64,000 nt of DNA from Vicugna vicugna. Lineage: Eukaryota. Below, in pieces: positions 12,570-23,100 of the stretch. The stretch spans positions 124,001 to 188,000 of the forward strand of contig MU057809.1 of the NCBI GenBank assembly GCA_013265495.1. The letters are read 5' to 3'. Position 1 is the first letter of the stretch; each line of letters starts with the position of its first letter. The notes under the pieces are model-generated. The model did not search any database. It was not told the DNA's origin and worked only from the letters and a program-made list of their open reading frames with translations. The translations under genes and the position numbers were made by a program.

Positions 12570-14120
12570 CCCGTCGGGGGCGGGGCGACCCAGTCGCGGG
12601 GTCTCCGGGAGGCAGGTCCCCTCGGGCCAGGGCCGGGGTCGCCTCTTCCAGAAACTCCAGGGCGGCGGCGGGAGCGCGCCCCGCCCACCGCCGCGTGCCG
12701 CACGGCCGCCCGCCCGCCGACCCCGACTTCGTCCGCGCGCCAGACCCGGAGCAGAGCGCGTCCCAGCCGACGCCCCCCGCGCCCCCGCCCGCGGACGTGT
12801 CTCCCCGCCTCTCGCAAGACCACCTGCGCGCGGACCGCGGCTGTTCGGTCCCGCACGCCGGGGCCGAGCGCCGCCCCTAGCACCGGGGTCCGGGAAGCTG
12901 CCCCCGGCTTCCCGCCGGCGGGCCCGCTGAGGGCTGGAAGCACGGCTTTTATGGAAGAGCCTAGTTTCAACGACCGCAGGCCCGGCTGCAGCGACAGTCG
13001 CAGTCGTCCTCCCGGGCGCGCCCTGGGACCGGAGCGGCAGCCTCCGCGCCGCCATTCTGGCCCTGGCCCCGGCCCCGCCCCGGCCCGGCCCGCAGTCACG
13101 TGGCCGTTCTCGGCCCCGCCCGGCCGTCGCCCGCAGGCCCTCCCCGAGGTCACGTGGGCCGAGGTCACGTGGGCGTCTAGCCCCGCCCCCGGCAACGCGC
13201 GGCTCCTCGCGGGCCACCGTAGAGGGCATCGGGCGGTCGCCGGGACGGAAGCCGAGAGGCGCTGCCGACCGCGCCTGCGACAGCGTCAGCCCTGCGCGGA
13301 GCGCCGGCCCGATGGCGGCGGCGGCGGCGGCGATGGCCGAGCAGGAGAGCGCCCGGAACGGCGCCCGCAATCGCGGCGGCGTCCAGCGCGTGGAGGGCAA
13401 GCTGCGCGCCAGCGTCGAGAAGGGCGACTACTACGAGGCGCACCAGATGTACCGGACCCTCTTCTTCAGGTACCGCCGCGCCGCGGCCGCCGCCTTCCAG
13501 GGCTTTCCGCCCGGCCGCCGAGCCCGGCGCCCCGCCCCTGGCCGCCTCCCATTGGCCGCGCCGCGCCGCCCCGCGCCCCCATTGGCCCGCGCCGCTGCCC
13601 GTCGCCGAGGCGGTCGGGGCCGGCGGCCGTGGGAGGGCTGCGGCACGGAGGGAGACCCCGACCCCAGACCCATCCCCGGGCCACCACTCTGGGCCCTGAG
13701 TCCTGACCCAGACCCGAGGCCCGGTCCCGACCCGAGCACCGGGCGCAGAGCCCCGGACCCCGACCCAGAGCCCTGACCGAGACCCCAGGCTCCGGCTCCT
13801 GACCCCGGCCCCTGCCCGGGCCGACCGCCACCTCCCGGCGCGGCCACGGCGCCCTTGGGTTTGAAGCCCCCGCCCCGAGCCTCAGGGCCCTGCGTCCGGA
13901 ATCGGCCGCGAGGCTGCGGACCTGGTCTCTCGCTGTGGTCGCCGTGCTCACCGCGTCGGTGTTTGTCACTACGCCCGCCGTTTCTGTAAACCCGGTGTTT
14001 GTGTTGTCGCTGCGCTGCCCGCTGGCCACGTGCGGCCGCCGAGCCCTCGAAATGCGGCGAGCCCCGCAGGGTGGCCGGGTGCGGGCGCGGCCCTCGGGGA
14101 TCCTCCGGGTTTGTAGTGAC
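12570..14120. promoter_or_regulatory. GET4: GET4 CpG-island promoter
   Basis: Very high GC and dense CpG around exon 1; GC boxes; three GTCACGTG E-boxes (13095, 13149, 13164); YY1-like CCGCCATT (13049); paired ATTGG boxes (13551, 13581). Confidence 0.9.
13312..13469 (+). CDS. GET4: GET4 exon 1
   Basis: ATG at 13312; ...[12 protein letters not shown]|gtacc donor. Confidence 0.95.
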
Positions 14121-17100
14121 GCTTGATGCACTGGGCTAAAGAAGCCGTGTTTTATCGTGGTTCTGGGGTTTTCAGAGCGCCTGGCCTGTTAGTTTTCTTT
14201 TGGGCTGCAGGGTATCACCACGCAGATTCTGCTGTAACTGCAAGCGTTTTTTGCGTGTGCGGGGCGCTCCTGTGGGTTAGGTACATGCCTTCGACCTTCA
14301 CGTTTCCTGCCAGAAAACAGTTGGGCCGTTTGTTAGGATTTAAAGATGACTTTAGAGGATTTAATCTGTTCTGTGGAGTGCTTTTTCTTTCTAAACTGCT
14401 GCGAAACAGTAAATGCTTCGCTATGATATTTAAGAGCAGTCAGGCCTGCCTTACACAATGTAGGCCTAGATCTGAAATTTTTCTTTAAATAGCAAGTTGA
14501 GTCAAGCTGGGATCTCTGGCAGCACTTTCTGCTTTGGTCACAGTCTGGTTTAGACACAGCCTTGTGCCCCATACTGTGTTGGGACTCCGTGGCCCTGTAC
14601 GGTGGGTTGACTCTTCTTCAAGCGACAAGCCAAAGACGTAGGGGGCTTCTAAAGTCTAACGTGCAGCCTCCACCCGGCAGCTCAGCCAGTCAGCTGTGCG
14701 ATGCCGAGCTTTGCAGAGCTCGAGATTTGCCCTGGCACTTGCTGGTCTTGGGGATTTGTTTATAAATATTTGCCCCAGTGATTAATCAGCAAGATTGGAG
14801 CTTCCCAAAATAAACACGGCCTCGGTTGCTCTGAGCCAGCTCTGTAGTCATGCTGGACCACGAACGCGATCCTGGATCAGCTTTAAAGAGGTGAGTGCCT
14901 GCGCCCAGGTGCACTTGTGGTGATGTGGGCAGTGGTGAACCCCTGGCTCTCCACCCGCCTGGCCCGGACCTTGGTTTGCATTCGTCCTCTGCTCCATGGC
15001 CCAGGGCACCTGGTTGAACCTCTCTGAGCCTTGGCTTCCTCCTGGGTCATTTGGGGTGCACCCACACCCCTTCAGGACTCTGAGAAGCAAGTGGCCTGCC
15101 GCAGGCCTCTTTGGGGATCACGGTGGACTGTCATGCCAGCAGTTGTGGCCTTCCGGGGGCCTCCCTGAAACGGCCTGGAGTTGTCGCTGTCCCTCCAGGG
15201 TCCTGGCCACGTTCAGACTGCAAGTGCAGCCCTGTCCAGAGCCCTGCACAGGTCGCAGCTCCCTGAGAAGTCAGCACCTCCAGCGTGGTACTTCGTTACA
15301 CCTTTTTGTAGATGAAGGTGTGTTTTTAAGTGTTTACATAAAATGTACAATTCGATGAGTTTTGACATGTGTATCCACTGGAGAAATCATCACCAGTCAG
15401 GGTACTGAAAGTATCCACTGCCCTAAGGCTCTCGTCTGCCTTCGAGGGTGAGTCTTTCCCCCTTAACCCCCAAGCACACACTGACCTGTCACAGTAGGTG
15501 GGATTTTGTGTGTGGTGAGGCGTAGCGTAGGCTCTTTTTACCTGACCGTTGGAATTCCCTCAGCGTGAGTATTTGGAAATTCACCCATGTGTGTATCATT
15601 TTTATTGCTGAGTGGTGTTCCGTTGTGTGGGCGGACCACAGTTTTTTCACCTATTGGATTCACCTGTTGGACAAATCCACCGATTTGTGCTGTTTTAATC
15701 CCCTTTCGCTATTCCCCACAGCAGTCTGAGGAGGAGGGGGAAGGATCGGGCCGCCCAGGAGACTGGACTTTCAGGGGTGTGTGCACAGGAGGGGCGCACA
15801 GCTGGTCTGGCGGGTCAGCTGGAGGCTGGGCTGTGTCTCCTGGAAGGCGGGGTGGCAGTGGGCGCTGGCGTGTCTGCTCAGAGCTTCAGCCAGGACGAGG
15901 GGGCCGGGCTCCAGGCCCAGAGGCTTCCCAGGCTGCTGCGACTGCCCTGCGTGCAGTGGCCCATGGCTGTTTTGCTTTCCCTCGTTTGCCTTCCCTCAGG
16001 GGCCTCTGCCCCACCCATTTGACGGAGAGGGGCCTTCCTGAGCCTCACGTTGGTTACTGACGTTTTGCCTCTTAAATTGAAGGCTTTCTTAAGAGGGAAA
16101 CTTAAGACACGTGTTCTCACACGTGGTGGAGGGCTGGGGTGGGGCAGGGCTTAGGGAGACGCATGCCTGTCGCTCCATTGGACACCCACGTTTTCATCAT
16201 TAGTGTTAATGCTTTCGTTTCTGTGTTCTGGTTTTTTTTTAAGAGCAAAATGAATGATTGCGCAGATGCAATGAATGCTGTGTGGGAAAGCTGTGGAACC
16301 GCCGGGGGCCTGCTGTGGGCTGGGGTCTCCCACCTGAGCGAGCAGAGGCCAGGGCTGCGGGCGTGCTGGCTGCTTTGGGCGCCACCGAGGTCTTGGCGGG
16401 CACCTCTTGCCTGTTTGGGCTCTGAGAAACCAAGCCCCTTCCCGCTCCCAGCGCCGTGCGGTGCAGTGAAGGTCTCTGGTGCTGCTCTCCGCCGTCTTGT
16501 GGTTTTCAGCACCCTTGATCCGTGGCCGGCAGTTTCAGCTTAGGGGACTGTGGGCCATCCCCCTGCCGCCAACGCAGGCGCCCGTGTCCATTGAGGCAGG
16601 AGCTGCGGGGGCGTGTGCTGCAGATGTTGCCCCCACGAACTAGGTCTGTCTGCCTTCTGGGGATTCCCTTATCCTCCTCTGACTTGTCAGCCGCTCCCTC
16701 TTGCTGGACCTCAGACAGAGGAGCCCAGGGAGGGCCCCGTCCCATCATAAGCAGAGACCTGCTGGAGTGACTGTCACTTGGGTCCTGTGTCTGGGCGGGT
16801 GGCAGCGGGAGGACTAGTTTTTGCAGGGCAGCTCCGGGCAGGACCGGACCCGGCTGAGACGTGGGCTGCGGGTGGCCGTGCGCGGGGCTGCTGCTCCCTG
16901 GGTCGCCGCGGGCTTCTTTCTGGGGTACAGGTTTCTTCTGCTCCCACGCCCGTGTCAGCAGCTGGACTCCACTGGGTGCTGCCTGGAAGGGGGCTGTGTT
17001 CTCCTGCGGGCTCTGGTCCCTAAGTCTTTTGAAGAGAAGACCTTTCTGTGGTTATTCCCGCCTGACCTTCAGGCCCGCTGGACGGATGACCCAGACCCTG

Positions 17101-20100
17101 CCTTCTGGCCACCTCCGGGTTCCTTGTGTCTCAGAGGGGCTATGGCGCTGCTTTCCAAAGTGTATGTCTTGACTTGTCAGGCCCGGGATGTGCAGGTCTG
17201 ACTGGCCGGTTCTGTTTCCTGCCTGCTCGTCAAGAGACAAGTGTAGCCAGTGAGGTCAGCGTCCCAGCACCGCCCATGCCAAGGCTCTGCCGCACCCGCC
17301 TTGCACTGCTTCCCTCAGCGTCTGGTTTGTGGTGGGCGGGCCATCCCTTCTGTCCTGTCGTGTGTGTGGTACCAGGCCGGCCTCTGGCTGCTCTGTGCTC
17401 GCTGAGAAACGTGCTCAAGGTGGGAAGTGGTGCAGGGTGGAGGTAAGAGGGCTGCCCGGGGCATGGCAGGACACCAGCGCTGCCCTGGGGGCCCGGTCTG
17501 TCACCCAGCTCCTGGCTGGCCTTTCTGCTGAAAACCCCTGACCTGCTCCAGGGAGGTGCTACCTGGACCATTTGGGCAGAGACAGGGCCCCCCAAGCCCC
17601 GTCACGGGACTCAGTGCTGCAGTGGGGCCAGGTAGGGAGAGCCGGGCCACGGGCACCCCCGTGCGGAGCCCGCACAGACCCCTAGGGGCGAGGCGGCCCT
17701 CAGAACCAAACCCGGAGGTGTGCGTGCACAGGGGTTGGCGTCGTGCACGTCCCTGTCTGCTCACACGCTCGGCCTGTGGTGTCTGACTGGCACAACTGGT
17801 GGGTGTGCTTAGCAGGCCGTCCTGGTCCTGGAGGACGTCTGTGTGGCCTGACCAGCACTGCTCCTCCCCTGTCGCAGGTACATGTCGCAGAGCAAGCACG
17901 CCGAGGCCCGAGAACTCATGTGCTCGGGAGCCCTGCTGTTCTTCAGCCACGGCCAGGTGGGTCTTCCCGGCCTGGGGCCGGGGCCGGGTGGGCGTGGGCC
18001 CAGGCCGAGGTCTTAAGGCTACAAGGCCTCGGTACTTAGGGTGGTTTCTTAGCTTCAGCTGGTCCCCAGTTTCTGCCCGGAACTAGAGCAGTTGCCCAGC
18101 TTCACCATGTTTTCCAAAAACGGGCCAAAGCCTTGTTTCTGACTCTGTGCTCTTCTACATTTACAGCAAAACAGTGCCTCGGATTTGTCCATGCTGGTCT
18201 TAGAGTCGCTGGAGAAGGCAGAAGTCGAGGTGGCTGACGAGCTGCTGGGTGAGCCCTCCGCCCGGTGCCCAAGGCGGTTTTGCAGCTGCTCCCACATGGA
18301 GACCCCCTTCCCCTCCGCCCCCCACCCCACACACAGAGGAGCCACCGTGCTGTCCACTCCACCAAGGCAAGGTGGCCGCCACGTGGTCTCAGAGACCCGG
18401 CCTGCCCCGAGTGGTGAGCCCTTCCTGTGAGCTGCCGGCTGGAGAGGCAGAGGAGGGTCCCCCCTCCAGGGCTCTGCCCGCTGGGGCCAGCTCCCAGCAC
18501 AGCCCACCCCCTTGCCTGCCGCCCCACAGGGGCTCAGCCTCGAGGCTGGTGCTACAGTGAGGTCAGTTGGGGGTGGCCCTGGGATGCCACCACCATGCCA
18601 GCTGTTTCTTAGCTTCCTTTCAAAGTGAAACAGTTAATTTGCGTAACATGTGCGGTGGGAAACTGAGGTAGTCATGGGTTTCCTCGGGTAAGGTCTCTGT
18701 GTGGGTTTCAGAAAGTCTGGCGAAGCTGTTTAGTTTGATGGATCCCAACTCCCCGGAGCGAGTGGCGTTCGTGTCGCGAGCCCTGAAGTGGTCCAGCGGG
18801 GGGTCCGGGAAGCTGGGCCACCCCCGGCTGCACCAGCTGCTGGCCCTCACCCTGTGGAAAGGTAGGCCTGTGCCGGAGGGCTGGGGTTCTCTTTCTCCTA
18901 GCACTTGTCTTGCAAGTGAGCTCGTGCGGGGCCTGCTCCATCCGTGCGGTGTGGGGTCCTGCCCGCGGCATGGGGCAGTGGGGAGCGGCCAGAACACGGC
19001 CGTTGGCAGTTCTGCACTCCCGGGGGCTCATCTACGCCGTTGGCCTATGAGCCTGGGCCCACTGTACAGGTGGACACCGCGCTCTGTCCTCGCTGGGCGT
19101 CACTGGGGTGGGGTCAGGTGTAGGGAAGGTGACCGTGGGCACAGCCTGGCAAGTGACACTGTGGGACTTTGGCAGGTCTGTCGTTCTGGACACTAGTGTG
19201 GGCGGGCTTTGTAAATGAGGTCTGTTAGCCAACAGCCGTGTCCAGGGGAGGGCGGCCAGCGGGGCCAGCGCGCTGGTGTTACTCTGGCCTGGCCTGTGAG
19301 GGGTGCTGCGTGGGACTGTCTGGGGACCGGAGTTGGCGGGACTGGTGCCCAGTGCTGTGAAGTAGAGTGCGCGGCAGAGCTGCCCAGAGGCCGCGCGGGG
19401 CTGGGGACGTTAAGGTCCCGTACGTGTAACGTGAAGCATTTGAAGTTCAAGGTACAGGCGTGTTAACATGCTTGAGGCCCACAGAGCATGTGGAAGGCTG
19501 TGCTGAGGGCCGTCCGCCAGGTGCCGTTCCCCTCCTGTCCCTGTGACAGGGTGGGCCCGCGGGCCCACGTGAGTGCAGGGGCCCTGGGTCCTGGGCCAGA
19601 AATGGCCTGGCTGGGCGCCCCCATGGGAGAACTGCCCCAGCGGCTCAGGGCCCCGCTGCTCACGGGGTCTCGTGCAAGAGCCTCCAGGGCCGAAGGTACC
19701 TGCTTGCTTGTCTGACTTTCTCTGTCATGTGGATGCTTGGAAACCAAAGGGTTGTTCTTGGGGGTTGGAGGGAGGGAGGGGGGAGAAAGGAACAAACCAA
19801 CCAAGCAGAGGACACGTTTCCTGAAGGCAGCGCACGGGGCTGGGAGCTGACGCCCAGTGAGGGTGCGTTTGAGGGTCTGGCCTAGGGTGGGGCCGGGCTG
19901 GTGCCGTGATCTAGGGGCAAGAAGGGCCGCCTTGCCCAGCTGGCAGGAGTGTCCGTGCAGAGGTGGGACCAGGGGTCAGGACGGTGGTGCCTCGGCCCAG
20001 GAGCGAGTGGTGCAGCCAGCAAGGCTTGTGTGCCGCTGTGAGGAGGTGGCCTGGAAGGAGCTGGCACATCTGAGGACCTGGGGGTGGCCTGCCCTAGAGT

Positions 20101-23100
20101 GGGGAGCCAACAGCGTCTCCGGGCCCCACAGCTGGAGGCCAGCAGCACCCCCAGCTGAGGTGGCTGACTCGTCTGTAGGCACCGGGCGTGTCCGGAGTGA
20201 GGGTCGGGTCATGCTGGGTGAGAGCTGGCTGGCAAGGAGGGCTGGCGTGTTGGGCAGGGCCCAGGTTCACAGCCCAGGTTGTTTACTGGAAACAGGGAGG
20301 TTGGAGCTTTGGTCACCTCGTGAAACACAGGCATTTAGAACCCACTTGTAGTTCAGGAGCCGGCGTAGAGTGAAAACCCTGGGACAGAAGAACATCAGCG
20401 GAGGCGGGTTCCCTGGCTGCCCACGGTCCTGCGGCCTCCTCCCCTCACACGCCCCACTCTCAGGAGGCAGGTTCTGCCTCAGGGCCTCATGCCACCTTCT
20501 TGATCAGCTGCTGGGTGACCCCACTTGGACTGGGGACAGTGTAGCGTCTGCCGGGGGCTCAGTGGAGGCAGAGGTCCAGTGTGGCGATGTCGAAGAGCCA
20601 TGTGCCCACCGAAGGCAGGGCTCTCAGGCCTCGGGGGACTTTGGTCCTGGTCCCAAGGGGACGTGCAGTCCTTCATTCAGACCAGGAGCCTTCTCTGCGC
20701 CGGCATCACCAGACCCAGCCCAGGGGCACCTCTCTCTCTGGAGGAGCAGGCAATTGGCACAGCGCTGGATGAAGTGTAGGGCCCGTCAGAGTGGAGAAGG
20801 GGAGCAGGCTGGGGTGCATCAGTGGGCAGCGGGGTCTTGGGCTGGTCCCAGCTGCTGCTCTGAGCTGGGAGGCACCTTCCAAATCCAGCCGACAGCACTG
20901 TTTGTGTGGGTCACAGGGCCTGTTCGGGGCTGTTTCTTAGGGTTCAGCTCGTGTGAACGTTGGCAGGGGCTCAGCTGCACCCGGGGACCTGCCCCCCCCA
21001 CTGGGTGTCTAGGAGGAGGGTTGGGAGCAGCGGGGTAGGGGTGGGCGCTCACGGGTCCCCTTTCCCTCTGCAGAGCAGAACTACTGTGAGTCCCGGTACC
21101 ACTTCCTGCACTCCAGCGACGGAGAAGGCTGCGCCAACATGCTGGTGGAGTACGCCACCTCCAGGGGCTTCCGCAGCGAGGTGGACATGTTCGTGGCCCA
21201 GGCCGTCCTGCAGTACGTGCCCTTTGCTGTCCCACCCTGGCTCGCGTGGCCACCTGGGGCCCGGGGATGGCCTCTGAGCCGGGCGCTCTCCGGGCTGAGC
21301 CGCACGTGAGGAAGACTCCGAAGTCACCCGGGGTCCCACCCACGCCACCGAGCCCAACCCCACTGCCAGTCTCTGGGCACAGCAGACGGTCCCCTCACCT
21401 CTTGGGCTGACCTGTGAGATCCCCACAGAGCAGTGGAGGCACTTTCTATGTTACAGATCAGCGTTCTGTTGCCGTGGGTTTTCCGTCTCCCCCAGGGTCT
21501 CTCCTGTTTAGGGGTCTGAGTGTCAGGACTCAGTAGTCAGCTTCCTGCAGTACCGGGGGTGGAGGTGCAAGTGCCGCGGGCTTTTATTCCAAGGCTGTTG
21601 GTCTTCCAGGTGTTCCAGGCACCCGCAGGGCGATGCGGGGGTGGCCCCGCCCGCTCCCCGCCCCCCAGTTCTAGGTAGGCTGCCACCCCCGTTTTCTTTC
21701 CAGTTCATCTTTTTGGAAGAGGCAGCAAGTGAGGGTCCCTGTTGGGCTCCCATGGCCGGGCGCCCACTCAGGCGACCTTGGGCCTGACTCCCAGCAGACA
21801 GTCACCGCGTGTTTATCAGTGTGTTTATTTCCTCTCAGAGAAGCCCTTGATCTGCTGGCGAGGTGCTGGGCCAGGAGCGGTGTGTGTGCTGTGAGTTCAC
21901 AGCAGGTCAGGGCTTCTGAACTCTGTCACTAGTTGCTGACATCTGTGACTTTGGAAACGAAACATTCTAAAACCCAGGACTCACTGAGCCTGCCTTTGGT
22001 CTCTGGGCCCAGTGTTTCCTTGGGGCTGGACTTGGCCCTGCCTGCGGGATCACCCAGCCCTTTCCTGTACGTCCCTCTTCCCCATGGGCCCAGCCCCGCA
22101 GTGAGGCCCGGCTGAGAGGACGTCCTCCGGCGGGCCTCGTGGCCCTGGCCCCGGGCCTGCTGTGCTCACGTGGGCAGGTGCAGACAGGTGTGTGGTTTCA
22201 GGGAACCCCGCTGCATCACGGCTCTGCTGGCAGTGTACACGTCACCTTCCTGAGCATGGTTCTCCCCACCTGAAAACCATGGACACCCCGAGGTGCCCAC
22301 TCTCTGGGCCGTGGGTCCATGTACAGGGCCTGGCGGGAGGCCTCGGTGAGCAAGGCTACATGGGCAGTGGCCTAGGAGAGGGCGTCAGGCTGCTGGTGGG
22401 GCGGTGATGTGTGTGGAGACCCTTTCTTCCCACTCACAGCCCTGCTCTCATTTATAGGTTTCTGTGCTTGAAAAACAAAAGCAGCGCGTCTGTGGTGTTC
22501 ACGACGTACACACAGAAACACCCGTCCATCGAGAGCGGCCCTCCGTTCGTGCAGCCGCTGCTCAACTTCATCTGGTTCCTGCTGCTGGCCGTAGATGGGT
22601 GAGTGTGTGGGCGCAGGGGGCGGGGGGCGGGTCCGGGGGCATGGTTTCCTGTCCCACTTGCTCTCCTTGGTCTGGAGAGGGACCAGCCGCCGGGCCATCC
22701 TGTTTCAGGGGGAAGCTGACAGTCTTCACGGTGCTGTGCGAGCAGTACCAGCCGTCTCTCCGGCGGGACCCCATGTACAACGAGGTGAGGGGCTGGCGGG
22801 CTGGGCGCTGGGACCCCAGGCCGCCCTGGAGGGGCGGTGGGGTGGCCTTGTGGGCAGGTGGCCGGCTCAGTGTCCCGTGCCCGCTCTGCCCGCAGTACCT
22901 CGACAGGATAGGACAGCTCTTCTTCGGCGTGCCCCCCAAGCAGACATCTTCCTACGGAGGCTTGCTGGGTAAGGGGCCAGGGCAGCGGGGCGGCTGGGAG
23001 CGGGTCGGGGCCCAGCAGGCGGGTTGCAGCTCCAGCCCCTTCCCCCACGGGTCCCCCAAGCAGAGCCAGAGGGCCCTGCTACTCCTGGATGAATATCTGT

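Noticed and set aside
13312..13335. GET4 N-terminal poly-Ala one residue longer than recalled human, with a second in-frame ATG
   Set aside because: Ordinary GCG slippage variation; the two-ATG arrangement is shared with the recalled orthologue.
12459..13400. 313-aa minus-strand ORF (and the 251-aa + ORF at 12951-13706) over the GET4 promoter
   Set aside because: Arg/Gly/Ala/Pro-rich low-complexity translation typical of stop-poor CpG islands; no recognisable domain or splice structure.
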